In this document: positions 29,846 through 51,810 of the stretch, one piece after another
Layout: each line of letters opens with the position of its first letter
Numbering within the stretch: position 1 is the first letter of the stretch
Assembly (NCBI RefSeq): GCF_009914755.1
Contig: NC_060928.1
Strand: one strand, 5' to 3'
DNA from: the human T2T-CHM13v2.0 reference genome, Homo sapiens
DNA: 64,000 nucleotides
Made by a program: the position numbers and the translations under genes
Notes under the pieces: generated by a model
Told to the model about the DNA's origin: nothing
Databases searched by the model: none
What the model saw: the letters and a program-made list of their open reading frames with translations, nothing else

Positions 29846-30859
29846 TGGTTGTCCTGGACTCCAACCTCTGGCTCTTCAAGCCAGTAAGTCTGCAAGTTTG
29901 AAAGTTATAGTCATTCCACATGGTACTGATGAGGGCCTGCCCCCAGGCTAAATGACATTCTTATATGATGAAACTCATGAACTGCTATTTCCTTCTTCCA
30001 AGTGTGGACTCCCATCCAGAATTTGCCTTCTTTTTCTTGCTCTCCAGTGCCTTTTGGTAGATTTTTAAATTCTGTTCAGAATGTATAGCTGTTATTTGCA
30101 GGAACACTGATCTGACAGGAGCTATCTGGCCATTACAGGAAGCAGAACCTTCAAAGTTCCTTCTTAATCTTGGCTGCTTAGAGTCTGCCCTGCACATGTG
30201 TAGTTCAGGTAAACTGCTTTGGACACGAGCAGCTTAACCACACAACTGAAGGAATTATCAGGTGTGACTAATTATAACAGGACTTGGCATGGAGTCTCTG
30301 GGATAATAACACATGAGAACATTATCCCACAGCTGAAATCCGTAACTGGAGGGCTCATAAAAAATTGTTGCATAAAACACTTAAATTTTGATTTAGTACA
30401 AATTTAGATTCCGTACAAATAATTCATCAAACTTGAGTTGAGCCTGGAATATATCAGATAAAATCCAAGAAAAAAGTTTTTTGTTTTACAGTTTTTACAT
30501 ACTGCTAAAGTACATATGGGGGAAAATTATGGCTATCATTTGATAATGCAGTCCTATATCTCTTCTTAAATACCTACCATCTTTCATTAGCCTTGCTTGA
30601 TTTTTACCAATTTTAATCTCTCTTTAATTCTGCCATCATTGCCAATTTGCTTTTATTTATACTTATGCTTATAAGCATTTCCCTAACATGTGTCATGTCC
30701 CTATAAAGACTATAAATGTCTCATGGACAAAGACCAAAGCCTTGATTTCATTTAAACCTCGACACTGCAGATACTCACATATGTTGATTATTCTTTTTCA
30801 GTGAATCCTATCAAGACTCAGATGGACAAATTGGGCTTTTAAAAAAATCTCTTCAGTAC

Positions 30860-31439
30860 TAGGTATATGGTTGTTTCCTTTGGTGATCCCAGAAGGCCTC
30901 ACAAGACTCAATAGCAGGTTATATATTAATACGTGGCTAAGATTAATGACAGCAAAGGATACAGGGCAAAAGCCACAGGAAAAGATGTATCAGTGGAGTC
31001 CAGAGAGGTCCAACATAGGATTCTGTTGTCCTTTGTCTGCAGCTACACAGGAATTCTGTCTCTCTCTCAGCAAACTATAGACACGTGTGGAATGTCTCTG
31101 CCCACAGAATCCCACTTGAGTCTCAGGGTTTAAGGCTTTTGTGGGAGGCTGTTCATGTACTCATACTCTGCTATGGAATTGGCTACGGCAACCAAAACTC
31201 AGGGGCCCAATAATAAAACCAGGTGCCTATTTATCAGTCTTGGTGTTTGTGCAACGCAACCTGGCGAGCCAGTATGGAATGGTCCAATGCTCCAGGTGTA
31301 TACAACAAAATCATCATCACTAACATAAAGAACACTCCAAGGATTGCAATCCAGGGGTTGGCCAAGGTCAAAGATGGTTCCCCTGGAGACATGCAAGGGG
31401 TAAGCATCCAGAACTGCTACAGTAACTCTTTTCCTCACA
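30860..31439 (-). mobile_element. MER21/MER68/MER77-family LTR
   Basis: agaaggcctcacaagactcaa...cagcaaaggatacag motif; terminus cctcaca. Confidence 0.5.
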
Positions 31440-31599
31440 AGGCCCTGCGCATCCTTGCTTATCACCTAGTACTAATTCCTGGCTTACTAATAGGAATAAT
31501 ACAAAGCTAATTAAGTCTGGGCACGTGAGAAGATATTTAAACCTATTTTATTGCTAAATCATTCCCTCTAGTCTCTCTACCCTACCCAACATATTCTAG

Positions 31600-31857
<258 letters not shown>

Positions 31858-33125
31858 TAAGAAGGATAGAGCTCAAAGTTGTAAAATCTACAGGGTTCAT
31901 ATCCTTGTATGATTTACATTTGTATCATTTCCCCCACACACCTGCGTTACCTCCTGGATTTTCTATTTCGTACAGCCTTAACAAGATCTACCTGTGGCCC
32001 AAGCCAAAACCCTAGATGATACCTCTTCTCTCCCATCCTCTAAATACAGACACTAAACCCAATTGATATTAGCTCTTAAAGACGCCCTGATCTATTTCCT
32101 TCTTTCCATATGACATCATTTTCCTCTTAACTGCTCCTTTCTCTTGCTTCTCTCCCCCTCTCCCCCAGGCCATTATTCATGTCAGCAGGGTTCTCCCTCC
32201 CGTTCTTTCCTAGAAAGCCAATGCACCACACACTGAAGAATAATTTTCTGAAAAAGATGTCTTAAGTAATGAGGTATTATTACCACTTATCTCTATTTTC
32301 GATTGTTTCCTGTATGTCATAGATCTACTAATATCTATTTTACTGGAAAACAAATTAATTATATCTCAAATTGAAAAAATATGTCCTCAGGATAGAATCA
32401 ATTGCTTGGAGTTCTCTGAGCCAAAGTGCAACAGAAATAATAAGAGCTGCTTCCTGTGCCTCATCCTCTCTTTGCTTTACGACATCTGGAGTCTTCTCCC
32501 AATCTTTCTTTCTCAACTGCTATGTTCAGATTCCTCTTCATTAAATATTTCTGCCAGATTTCATTCCTACAGAAAAGCCCACAGTCAGAAAAGGATTCCT
32601 TGGCTAGTTAATATTTCATAGGTCCCTTCCGAGGGTGTAGGCAGATGTTATAGACGGTGTTAACATATAACATCAATCTAAATTTGAATTTTAAAACATC
32701 TGATTCATAAAAGTGATAAGAATTGTTCCATCTGAACCTAAAATACTCAAGTGAGATCCTGCAAAAATTGTTAAAGCTCTTAGCAGCAAGTTGAGGGCTA
32801 TACTGAATGAGAAGAGGGCTACCTACAACTTCTCTTAAACTGCTAAAAATTTTTCACAAAAAATGTGTTTCTAAGCCAAAACTGCCTAGATTAATTCCTA
32901 AAGTGAGAAGTCTTCAGAAGCTTCAAATTTACCAACTGTGGTACTTCTTTGCTTTAATTTGTGTAATAATTTATGTGTTATTAGAATGCTGGTATACAAA
33001 GATCAGACATGACTAATAAGTAAAAAAAATTATCATAAAAGTGAACTAAATCCAAATATTTGGTGTATCTACTTATCTACTCTTTTCCTGGTAGATAATA
33101 TTACATTTGCATTTTGTTATTCTAG

Positions 33126-38833
<5,708 letters not shown>

Positions 38834-41800
38834 CAACTATTATATTTTACCTATTCATATTATTCATATTTAAAGTATTTACAGATAAAATGATAAAAAT
38901 CCAGCAAGAGTGAGGGAATGTGAAGGGCTATAGATTAAATAATCTTAGCCATATGTTGCTAAATGTTGAAGCTGGGTAGACGGTATATAAGGATTTATTG
39001 TAGTATTACTTTTGCCTTTGAAAATTTCCATAAAAGTTTAAAAATATTAAAAAGTAGAAAAAAGAAAAGGATTTCATTTATTTGATCTGACTCAAACAGA
39101 AGCTGAATTTTCTCAGCAGGCATCTTTAGGAATCTTTCACCATTACTTGCCAGTTTGTTTTCAACCAGTTTGAAGTTGTTGCTCTCCCCAAGAGACAGGT
39201 ACGGAGGCGTACACATTTCCTGCCAGGGACCTCTTAAAGTCAGACTTAGAAATTCAAGGTAATCCCAGACTAATTTGGGGAGATCAGTTACTTATCTTTT
39301 TTTTAGGGTTGCTTTATGGTAGATAATACACTGTAGAGCAAATAAAATGCCTTTTTGCTTTATTCACAGGATTAAATACCATAAATTAATTTCTAGTTGC
39401 TGAGAACGGGAGATTTTAAATTTTGCATTTAGAAGACAAGAAATTCAATCTGAAGAGGCCCCATATTTCCAGTTAAGTGACCACTCAGAAGGGAAGGACA
39501 GCGCTCAATAACCAAGGTCAAGAGTTGGGTTTAGGGTTTGTGGCGATTATTTTTGGGGGTGGCAAGAATAAGCCGTAGATTAATCTCTTAAAATAAATAT
39601 AGCAAGAAAAGCATGCCTAAAATAATTCATACATATACATATATTATCATATTACAGTGTTTTACAGTTTTAGATCAGTACCAGCTAAAATATTCTTTGG
39701 ATTGTTTTTGCTTTTTTACCAGCCTGTTCAACAGAATTATAAAAGGTGACAATAATGCTATAAATGTCTCCTATCCCATGCTCATCCCTCCTCTCATCTT
39801 GCTCTGTTTCTGGAGTACTCTAGGTATTCTGCATCTTTGCCTTTTTCCCCTTCTAGTTTCTAAACACATTTCTTATCTACTTGCAGATCACTTATCAGAC
39901 TGAATAAAATCCATAGGTACATTCGGTGTCTGACCTGTAACAAGGCACCCCACATTATTTTGCGCCTTTGATAAAGACCAGCTTATTCAAACTTGTGAGA
40001 AAACAAAAATAGCAGGGTTCAAGTAAAAACCAGTAAAATTCAGTTCTTCACAGTGGCGGTTTTTTGACAAGACCCGGCCGAAAGATTTCACGAACAGTAA
40101 AATCCCAGAATGTTCTCAGAAATACTATCCACTGTACTGTCTGGGTTGCTTAATACTGGCCCAAACCTCAGTGTCCTAGGATAATAACCCAAGACAATTT
40201 CCCAGTCCTTTGAAATAGTTGACGTCCCAAGATGTCAAATTGCCTGGAGTGCTTTATTTTGGTTTGAAATTTAAAATTTCCTCTAGATAAAGATCTAGAT
40301 TTCTCTTTGCAAGTCAAAGGCTAGTTACTATTAACAGCTGTTTCAAAAGTGCTCTAAATAGGTCACCATTCAGGTGTACCAACGCTGCAAACTGGATCTA
40401 AGAAGATCCAAATTTGTCACCACTCACTCACATTTTAACTCAAAGGTAGTACTCACAATTGGCCTTGTTTACATAGGCATTCCATTAAAATTATCCATGC
40501 ATTCATTCTATTTGCACCCATTTCTTTCAAAAATGTCCATCTGTAATTAAAATCAGCTCCTCTGCCTGACATCTCATTTACACTACACCGAAATTAAACC
40601 CCACTAGGAGATCACGTAGATTATGGGGCCGAGGGCCCGCCCGCTGACTAGGTTTTCACTCGCGTCTCCTCCATGCCCCAGGTCCCCTCCGATTGCAGTC
40701 CTGGGGCAGGACTGAGCAAAAAGTCCCGTAAAGCTGGCGTGTGCCCCACTCCGCCAGGAAGCCTCACCGACGTCCTGTGCTTAAATGTTCTGACACCCCC
40801 CAAAAGCAGTTGTTTTTAAAGGCTGTCTGTGGGACCAATGCGTTGTCAAACAGATGCCGTCCCGCATCCCCTCCCCCTAAATGACACAGAAGATTCCAGC
40901 GTAGGGGAAGGGCCACGAAACCCGCAGGGCACACGACGCCGGGGGCCGGAGGGAGCACCGCCTACCTCCCTGATCAAGCCCCGCGGTGCCGGGCGAGCCC
41001 GAGGGCCCGGCAGGAGGCGGGCGGCAGCCCCAGGCGAGCTCGGAGGCGGCGGGAACGCAGCCGCCGCGCATGCCGGGAGCCGCACGCCGCCCGCCGGGGC
41101 GCGCAGTCCCGCAGGCCTCGCTCCAGGTCGTCCGAAAAGGAACCGCCTGCTGCTCCTTTGCAGGCTCGCGAGGAGCCGCACTCGGACCGCCTGATGGGGA
41201 AAAAGCCGGTGTGGCCGGGCGGAGCGAGCCGAGCGGAGCTGGAGCTGCCCCTCCCAGCGGGGAGGACGGCACGAAGGACCGAGCCGCCTCCCCTCCCGGG
41301 TCCCATTCAGACGCGAGGCGCAGAGACTGGCTCCCCGGGCTTCCCCTTTAAGGGGGGCGGGGCGCGGCCTGCCGTTTGGCCGCCCCCCACACCCTCCCCC
41401 GCTAGCCCAGAGCCGGCAGACCAATCGCCCGGGCGGCGGAGCGAAGGCGGGAGAATGCGAACCCTCCGGTAGGCGGTAGGGGCGGGCCCCGGCCTTATTC
41501 GCAGGGAGCGCTGCGCAGGCGCAGAGGCGGCCGCGGGCGGAGGGGCGGGGGCAGGCTAGCGGGAGGCTCTCCGTGAGGCACGGAGGGTGACTGGGGACAG
41601 GCGGGCGGCGACGGGCTTGTCATGGGGATCCGGGCTGCGAGACGGCACTCGTAGCATCTGGGGACTCCGAGGGGGACAGGAAGTGTCAGCGCCCGGGACC
41701 CCGGCGCCGGCCCCGCCGAGGGGATCCCCACTGCTCCGGTCCTGGAGCGGGAGGGGAGAAAGGAGGGAGCCCCGGTTTCGCCCCGCCCCTGGGCTGGTGC

Positions 41801-41985
41801 TGCGGGGGCGGGGAGTGAGGGCTGCTCTGGGGGGAGTGGAGATCGGGGAGCGCGGCCGTGCCCTCTCGAGCGGCTGCGGGGTCCCCGCGGCGCCGGGCTG
41901 CTGAGCTGAGGGCCCGCGGCGGCCGCGGCCGGTGCATGTGCGGCTGCTGGATGCGGAGGCGGCGGCGACGGCGCGGATCGGCAGG

Positions 41986-42157
41986 ATGTTAGGGCAGCAG
42001 CAGCAGCAACTGTACTCGTCGGCTGCGCTCCTGACCGGGGAGCGGAGCCGGCTGCTCACCTGCTACGTGCAGGACTACCTTGAGTGCGTGGAGTCGCTGC
42101 CCCACGACATGCAGAGGAACGTGTCTGTGCTGCGAGAGCTGGACAACAAATATCAAG
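41986..42157 (+). CDS. ING2: ING2 exon 1a coding part (ING2a N-terminus)
   Basis: ATG 41986 gives MLGQQQQQLYSSAALLTGERSRLLTCYVQDYLECVESLPHDMQRNVSVLRELDNKYQ; donor CAAG|GTAGGG. 172 nt + 671 nt exon 2 = 843 nt = 280 aa. Confidence 0.98.
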
Positions 42158-43056
42158 GTAGGGGCCGCGGGGCTGCCGGCCTCGGGAGCCGGTGGCGGGG
42201 AGCCTGTCCGGGGGAGTGCCACCTTCCCTTTCTCCCGTGACAGTCTCCCCGAGCGCACCGAGGGTCTGCCGAGCGGGACTGGGAGGACTGGAGACCGGGT
42301 TGGCGGCCCTCCGTGGCCCCGCGGTGGGCGAGTACTTCTCTGGGGTCCCCAGAGTGGGGGTGGGGGCCGCTTGTCAGCCCCCGCTGCAGACCCAGCGGCT
42401 GCAGCTGCCGCTGAGGGGAATCAGCCATTTTAAGCAGCAAGCATTTGTTCAGGCGCTGGCCCGCCCCGTGCCGCAGACCCTGCGGCCCCGGCCCGGGACT
42501 GCAGCCGGGCAAGGGTCGGAGGGAGTGAGCGGCCGGGCTCCCGCTGGTCTGCGGGGCGCGCTTCCCCACCTCACTCGCCCCCACCCCGGAGTGCGGGTGC
42601 TTTGGAACGTGCGGGGGGAGGGGGCGAGAGGCCGCGGAGGCGGACTGAGGGGGCCTTCCTCCGCGCTCCTGCCCCGGCCCGGAGGAGAGCAGTCCGTTCC
42701 GCTCTCTCGCCCCGGGAAAGTTCGCGGGCGCCCCGCGTTGTAGCCCTAGCCCAGTTCTTTCGGCAAAATGGTTAAGAGGGGAGGGGTCCCCCGCGGGAGA
42801 GGAAGAGAGGGGCGTGTGTGGCGGGGAGGGCCCCCGCGCCGGGGGCGGGGCCTGCGGGCTTGACGAGGGGCGTGGGAGGGGCGCGGCGCGCGTTCCCGCG
42901 GGCCTGGAAAATGGCTGGTCGCGAGAGGGGCGGTGGCGAGCTGGCTGCTGGGGAGGGAGTCGGGGCTGTGCGGGGGCGTTGGTTCGGCCCCAGCGGAGTC
43001 CGAATCGGGGTTTGCAGCATGTTTTGCGGTGATGTTTCCAACCTCTTTCCCAGTCA

Positions 43057-43108
43057 ATGGATCAGGACGGCGATCAGCAGCTCGGACCGTCGCGGATCCT
43101 GGCTCCGC
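43057..43108 (+). CDS. ING2: ING2 alternative exon 1b coding part (ING2b)
   Basis: MDQDGDQQLGPSRILAP(Q); donor CGC|GTAGGT is phase 1 like exon 1a; 52+671=723 nt = 240 aa, matching the ING2b isoform as I recall it. Confidence 0.85.
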
Positions 43109-43822
43109 GTAGGTTCCGGGACATGTGTCACTTCCGGGCTTCAGGAGGAAGTGGGTTGGTTGACTGGGCAACCGCCTGGCGTCCCCGAGCCCCTCCTTCT
43201 CCGACTTTAAGTGTGGAGGCGAAACCACCCTTTGCCGGCCGACCCGGGAACCCGGGACAGAATCGACCTTCCTTACAGTGTTACCACCTACTATCGGTGG
43301 TGCTACTAGGAGGGCAGTTTAAAAGGGGAAATGTGTTGCGCTTAATAACCTTGAATCGAGGAACAGACCTTGAACATAGTATGGAAACAGCCATACGAAC
43401 TTTAAAGATAATTTCCTGGACCCATTCTCTGTTTTTGTAGACACGCCAGTAATCCTATACTTTAAAAGTCTCTAAGGAATCCACTTCTTGGGTGACATAA
43501 GTGTCTGATGTTTTTTAGTTTATAAATTTGTTTCTGTTTTCTGAATCCATAGGATTCATAGGACTGATCCGTGTTTGGGGAGGGGGTGGGGAGGGAATTA
43601 AAACTGATGCGCTGGGTCCAGACCATTATATAAATATTTCTTTTACAGATTACAAAGAGTTCAAGTAACTCGTCCAGTTAATTCGATGTAGAATATTTGG
43701 CTCCAGAGCCTGCTACTGTAGATGCATATCTTTGTTTTCAAACAATTTAAGTTTTAATAAAAACTGTCCAAGGGGATTTCTACAGATATGGAGCACAAAC
43801 ATGAATGGTAACCTAAAAATGA

Positions 43823-46825
<3,003 letters not shown>

Positions 46826-47071
46826 TCTTTTTAATATAGATTAATGAGTATTAGTTTTGTGTTCTTTCTTTTCATTACTTTATTTCTAACTATACTTTCA
46901 TATTAGATAATGTGGTCTTTGTATGAAATAGTTTTTAATGTATATGTACCAAAGAGGAGTATGGTTTCATGGTTTGAGTTCTAATTTCAATTCTGTAAAA
47001 AATAACTACCTTGGAAATGTTGTGTCTGCTAACACATGATAACGTTCTCATTTTTCTTTTCCTTTTTTTAG

Positions 47072-47742
47072 AAACGTTAAAGGAAATTGATGATGTCTAC
47101 GAAAAATATAAGAAAGAAGATGATTTAAACCAGAAGAAACGTCTACAGCAGCTTCTCCAGAGAGCACTAATTAATAGTCAAGAATTGGGAGATGAAAAAA
47201 TACAGATTGTTACACAAATGCTCGAATTGGTGGAAAATCGGGCAAGACAAATGGAGTTACACTCACAGTGTTTCCAAGATCCTGCTGAAAGTGAACGAGC
47301 CTCAGATAAAGCAAAGATGGATTCCAGCCAACCAGAAAGATCTTCAAGAAGACCCCGCAGGCAGCGGACCAGTGAAAGCCGTGATTTATGTCACATGGCA
47401 AATGGGATTGAAGACTGTGATGATCAGCCACCTAAAGAAAAGAAATCCAAGTCAGCAAAGAAAAAGAAACGCTCCAAGGCCAAGCAGGAAAGGGAAGCTT
47501 CACCTGTTGAGTTTGCAATAGATCCTAATGAACCTACATACTGCTTATGCAACCAAGTGTCTTATGGGGAGATGATAGGATGTGACAATGAACAGTGTCC
47601 AATTGAATGGTTTCACTTTTCATGTGTTTCACTTACCTATAAACCAAAGGGGAAATGGTATTGCCCAAAGTGCAGGGGAGATAATGAGAAAACAATGGAC
47701 AAAAGTACTGAAAAGACAAAAAAGGATAGAAGATCGAGGTAG
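47072..47742 (+). CDS. ING2: ING2 exon 2: rest of coiled-coil ING domain, NLS, PHD finger, polybasic tail
   Basis: Polypyrimidine tract + TTTAG acceptor at 47071; ETLKEIDD...[47 protein letters not shown]...RRSR*; C4HC3 PHD motif. Confidence 0.99.
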
Positions 47743-47865
47743 TAAAGGCCATCCACATTTTAAAGGGTTATTTGTCTTTTATATAATTCGTTTGCTTTCA
47801 GAAAATGTTTTAGGGTAAATGCATAAGACTATGCAATAATTTTTAATCATTAGTATTAATGGTGT

Positions 47866-47871
47866 ATTAAA
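47866..47871 (+). terminator. ING2: ING2 proximal polyadenylation signal ATTAAA
   Basis: ATTAAA ~125 nt after the stop, followed by a GT-rich tract (gttgttgtactttgtctgtg). Confidence 0.7.
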
Positions 47872-50184
47872 AGTTGTTGTACTTTGTCTGTGACCTTAAT
47901 TTTCTGCACTGAGTTACCAAATATTTCCAACCAGGTAGTCTTCAGATCACCTGATGAAAGGAGCAGGGAACAGGAAGAGGGTGGTGTAAACATTATAAAA
48001 ATTTCACAAACCATGCCTATTTCATTTTCACTTAAAACTGCAATGTTATTTTTTGGGTAAACACAAAAGTTTCACTAGCATTTTAGTTATACATGCTTAA
48101 AAAAATGTTAGATGTAGTGGGATTTCTCTTAAGCATCAAATGATCTTGGGTACTTTAAAATACAGACACTATGCCATTTGAGCTGCTTTTTCCCTAGTCC
48201 TATTTATACGTTGGCTTGTTCATCTCTAGTCTTCTAGGAGTTTAAGGAACTGGAGATAAGAGTAATTTGGGATTCCATGTGGAATAATGTGCTCTTATGA
48301 GAGTACGTGCTGCTGTCTTTTGCTTAGTAGCATTTTGATCCACTGTCAGTAGCCCATTTGTCAATGCCTTGCTGCTGCTTTGTAGATATACTTAGTCTAG
48401 TGCTTAATAAGGGAGTTGTTTTGTGTTTTCTTTTAATTGGGACAGGTAAGAGTAGTTAGCATACCAAAAATATACATTGGCTTACATTGGCAAACTTTGG
48501 GTTATATAGTATCACGGCTCAAGGTTGAACAATTTAAAAATACATCTTAATTAATAGTATTTTCCATGTGACCTGCTGCCAGGATGCGTAGCCACAGGCC
48601 TATCAGTGGAAAGGGGCATATAGTAGTCTTTAAATATTGCCTTTATGTCAGAGAGTTGTTTTAAATGGTTTTGCTAGTGGTTATTGTTCATTTCTGTCCC
48701 AATCAGTGACTATTTTAAATAATAGTGTATTTACTGTCTTAACTTCTAGTATTGGTGCTGTTTGATGTTTTCACATTTAATTAACTTATTTCATCATCAT
48801 AATGCAATTAATGTATTTGTAAATTGAATTTTCCAAGATTCTGATATTTGAAGGGTAAGCATCTTGATGGATATATGTCCATATGTTTAGAGAAGGTTTT
48901 GGTTTTGGGGGCAGCAGATTGACTAGTTCTTTAAATCTGTGTGTAACGTATGTTTTATTCCTCATTTCTTCCTAATCTGATGATCTTGATTCTTTTTGAT
49001 TAACATGAAAAATCCTGTCTGCTTGTTTTGGGAAAAAAAAATGCTTTTTTTCTCTTCTAGCTCTCCTGTGTGACTTTTAGGCATGTCATTTCACCTTGTC
49101 TGGGTGTCAGGTCATTCACCTGTAAAATGAGTTGGCTTAAATATCTCCGAGATTCCTTGGAAATTTCTACTATTTGCACTATAGTGAGGATTTTAATAAT
49201 GACATGACTTCTCTTTTCATTAATTTTGTCCTTCATTCTGAGGTATAAAGATAGTTTAAAGGTGAGTTTGGAGATGGGTAAATGTGCAATATTTGTTAGC
49301 TTCTGTCCTAAGAATATTTGGATTCATGACTAGAGCTAGTTGATTCTATTACCTTTTGAGTGAGAAACGTTAGACAGCATGATTAAGAATTTAGCAAATC
49401 CTTTCTCATCACCATAACTTAGCTGAGTTGTAAGGAAATCCTTTTGAGAATATGGCATTTTGTTTTAGTGATTACAACCTTGTTACCAGAATGGAGCTTT
49501 TTACTTGACACCATTAAAAATATCAGTATGGACAAAACCCCCAAAGCCTTCAGATGCGACTTACATAGAAGTCACCACTTTTTCATACGTAAATCTGCCT
49601 TGGCAGATGGGAGAAAAGAAACGACTTCCTAATAGAAATGCCAAAGTTTGGATTAGACTTGACGGGAAAACGAACCTGGAAAATCCTGGAAGGTGTGCTC
49701 TCTTTAAGACCTAATATCTGAAACAGTTTTATGACTTTTTTGTTTTGTTTTCTACACATCTTGGAAATAGAAGTCTTAAGCATGTGTAGCATTAGGACTG
49801 GAATTTCTTTTGTTGAGTATTCTGGATCTCATATCATGGTTACCAACTCATACTGTATACACCAGTGGTTCCCAAACTTAACGTTGGAATTACCTGGGAG
49901 TTTCAACAAATACTGATATCTGTGCCCCACCCTCAGCAATTGTGATCTAAATTCATTTGGAATGTGGCTTAAGCATTAGAATTTTTAAAAGATCCCCATT
50001 ATAATATATGGAAATGTTTTGGAACCACTGCCACATTTCACAGTTTTCAACTTATTGAAAGCTGCTGTGGATTATCTACATCCAGATTTATGCAAATCTG
50101 AAGCAGATACAGATGCTTATACACACATGAGAGTATCTCCTGCCCCCAGTGGCTCCACCACCAGTGCCTGAATACTCAACATCT

Positions 50185-51810
50185 GAGTGCTAATTAATGT
50201 GCCAGGCACCGTTTTAAGCAGTTGTGGTGTAAAAAGGAAATATCCCTGCTTGTGGACGATACATTCTAGTGGAGGAGTCAGATACATAAAATGTCAGGTA
50301 AATTGCTAAAGTGAAAGGAAAACTGAGTAAAGGGCTGGAAATGAATGGAAGGGGGGGTGGCAAGTCTTTTATTTATGGTAATTTAAAAAGGTGTCCCTAA
50401 GGAAGTAATCCTTAGAGCTAAGAGCAGAAATAAGGCAGGCAAAGATTTGAGGGAGGGAGGAGGGAACAAGCTTGGCAGGTTGACTAAAGCAGGGCATTAG
50501 AGCACAGTGTACAAGGGGCTGGGAACTGGGGACTCTTGGAAGCCATGGTAGGAAACTTGGGAAGCCATTGAGGGGTTTGAGCCATGGTCTGACATAAAGG
50601 TCACTCTGGATACTGTGTATACAATATTATAGGGAACCTGGGTGAAAATAGATTTAGGAGAAGCAACTCAGAAGATTTAATAGCAACTCAGAAGTCTTCA
50701 CATCGAGTGTTGGTGGCTTAGCCTAGGGTGGTAGCAGCAGCAGTAGTGGCTAGTGGTAGGACTCTGTGTACTAAAGGTACAGCCAACATAACTTTGGCCC
50801 AGGGATTGGAAGGCAAAGAGATGACAAGGGTGACTCGGGTTTTTGGCCTGAAGGGGGAAAAAGAATAAAAATTTATGGTTTGCACTTAGGTTTGAGATGC
50901 CTAATAGATTTCCAGTAGAATCCAGCATGGAACCCGGCATATGACCGTTAGGGTAATAGGAGGTGAACATTTTGGAGAGTCATCTCTATGGCATTTGAAG
51001 CCATGTGACTGAAATTACTCAGGAAATTAGAGCTTCTCAAATGTTAATAAGCATGTTTGGTTAAGATCCAGATTCTGCTTCAGGAGATCTGACGTGGGGC
51101 CCGAGGGTCTGCATTTCTAGCAAGCTTCTCAGTGATGCTGATGCCGCTGGGCCGGGGCCCGCATTTTGAGTAGCAACCAAGTAGATGGGGAGGAGAGAGG
51201 GTCAGCCCTGTGTCACTCCAACATCTAAAATGGGGAGGAGCCAGCAAAGGAACCTGAGGAGAGCTCTCCGTGATGTGAAATAAAGTGTTTCAAGAAGGGA
51301 GTCGTCGGCTCATTCAGGTGCTGTTGAAGGAAGATGAACACAACTAACTGTTAGATTGGGGGGATTGTCGTTAACAAGCTGCACGTTTGGAGTCTGGATT
51401 GTGAGCAGAAGGGGACTGAAATAGAGATGGCAACTGCAGACAAGCCTTGCAAAGGGGAACAGAGATGGGTTATAACTGAGGCGGAGGTGAGCTAAGGGAG
51501 GACTTAAGCTATTCGGGAAATAGTATGGCATGATTGACTATATGCTGGAGGAATCCCGTTAGGAGGGGCAAGTGAATGCTGTTGATGGGGAAACTGAATA
51601 GGCAAGACGGAGTGGGATGCAGGACTCAGGAGAGGCTGGTCTCAGTAGGCAGAAGAGGCAGTGCCTTGTCCATGTCCACAGGGAGGGCAGCACTTTTATT
51701 CACTTACTCAAATATTTATTGTGCACCTATTTGCAAGGCATCGTTTGTACTGGGGATAAAGCAGTGACCAAAATGAGACAATCTGTAACCTTGTGGAGCT
51801 TAGATTCTGG
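50185..51810. mobile_element. L2 remnants with embedded MER5-type element (~51030-51175)
   Basis: tgtgccaggcac, gtttgagatgcct, ttattcacttactcaaatatttattg L2 motifs; MER5 tctgcatttctagcaagc...gatgctgatgc. Confidence 0.6.

Larger units (their letters stand above)
40600..43260. promoter_or_regulatory. CpG island / bidirectional ING2 promoter covering exons 1a and 1b
   Basis: Very high GC and CpG; several GGGGCGGG boxes; CCAAT 41421-41425; NRF1-like TGCGCAGGCGCA 41512-41523; ETS cores (CAGGAAGTG ~41677, CACTTCCGG ~43129); YY1-like AAAATGGC ~42908. Confidence 0.9.

Noticed and set aside
41932-41985. In-frame GTG extension of ING2a
   Set aside because: Non-AUG start with no support; the known protein begins at MLGQQQ.
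41995-42009. CAG repeat in ING2 exon 1a
   Set aside because: Only (CAG)4CAA, the normal Q5 tract; too short to be unstable.
40764-43228. Numerous overlapping Pro/Arg/Gly-rich ORFs on both strands
   Set aside because: Expected from stop-codon scarcity in a CpG island.
47011-47071. N-terminal MEMLCLL... extension of the 243-aa ORF
   Set aside because: Intronic polypyrimidine tract upstream of the exon 2 acceptor; TTG start.
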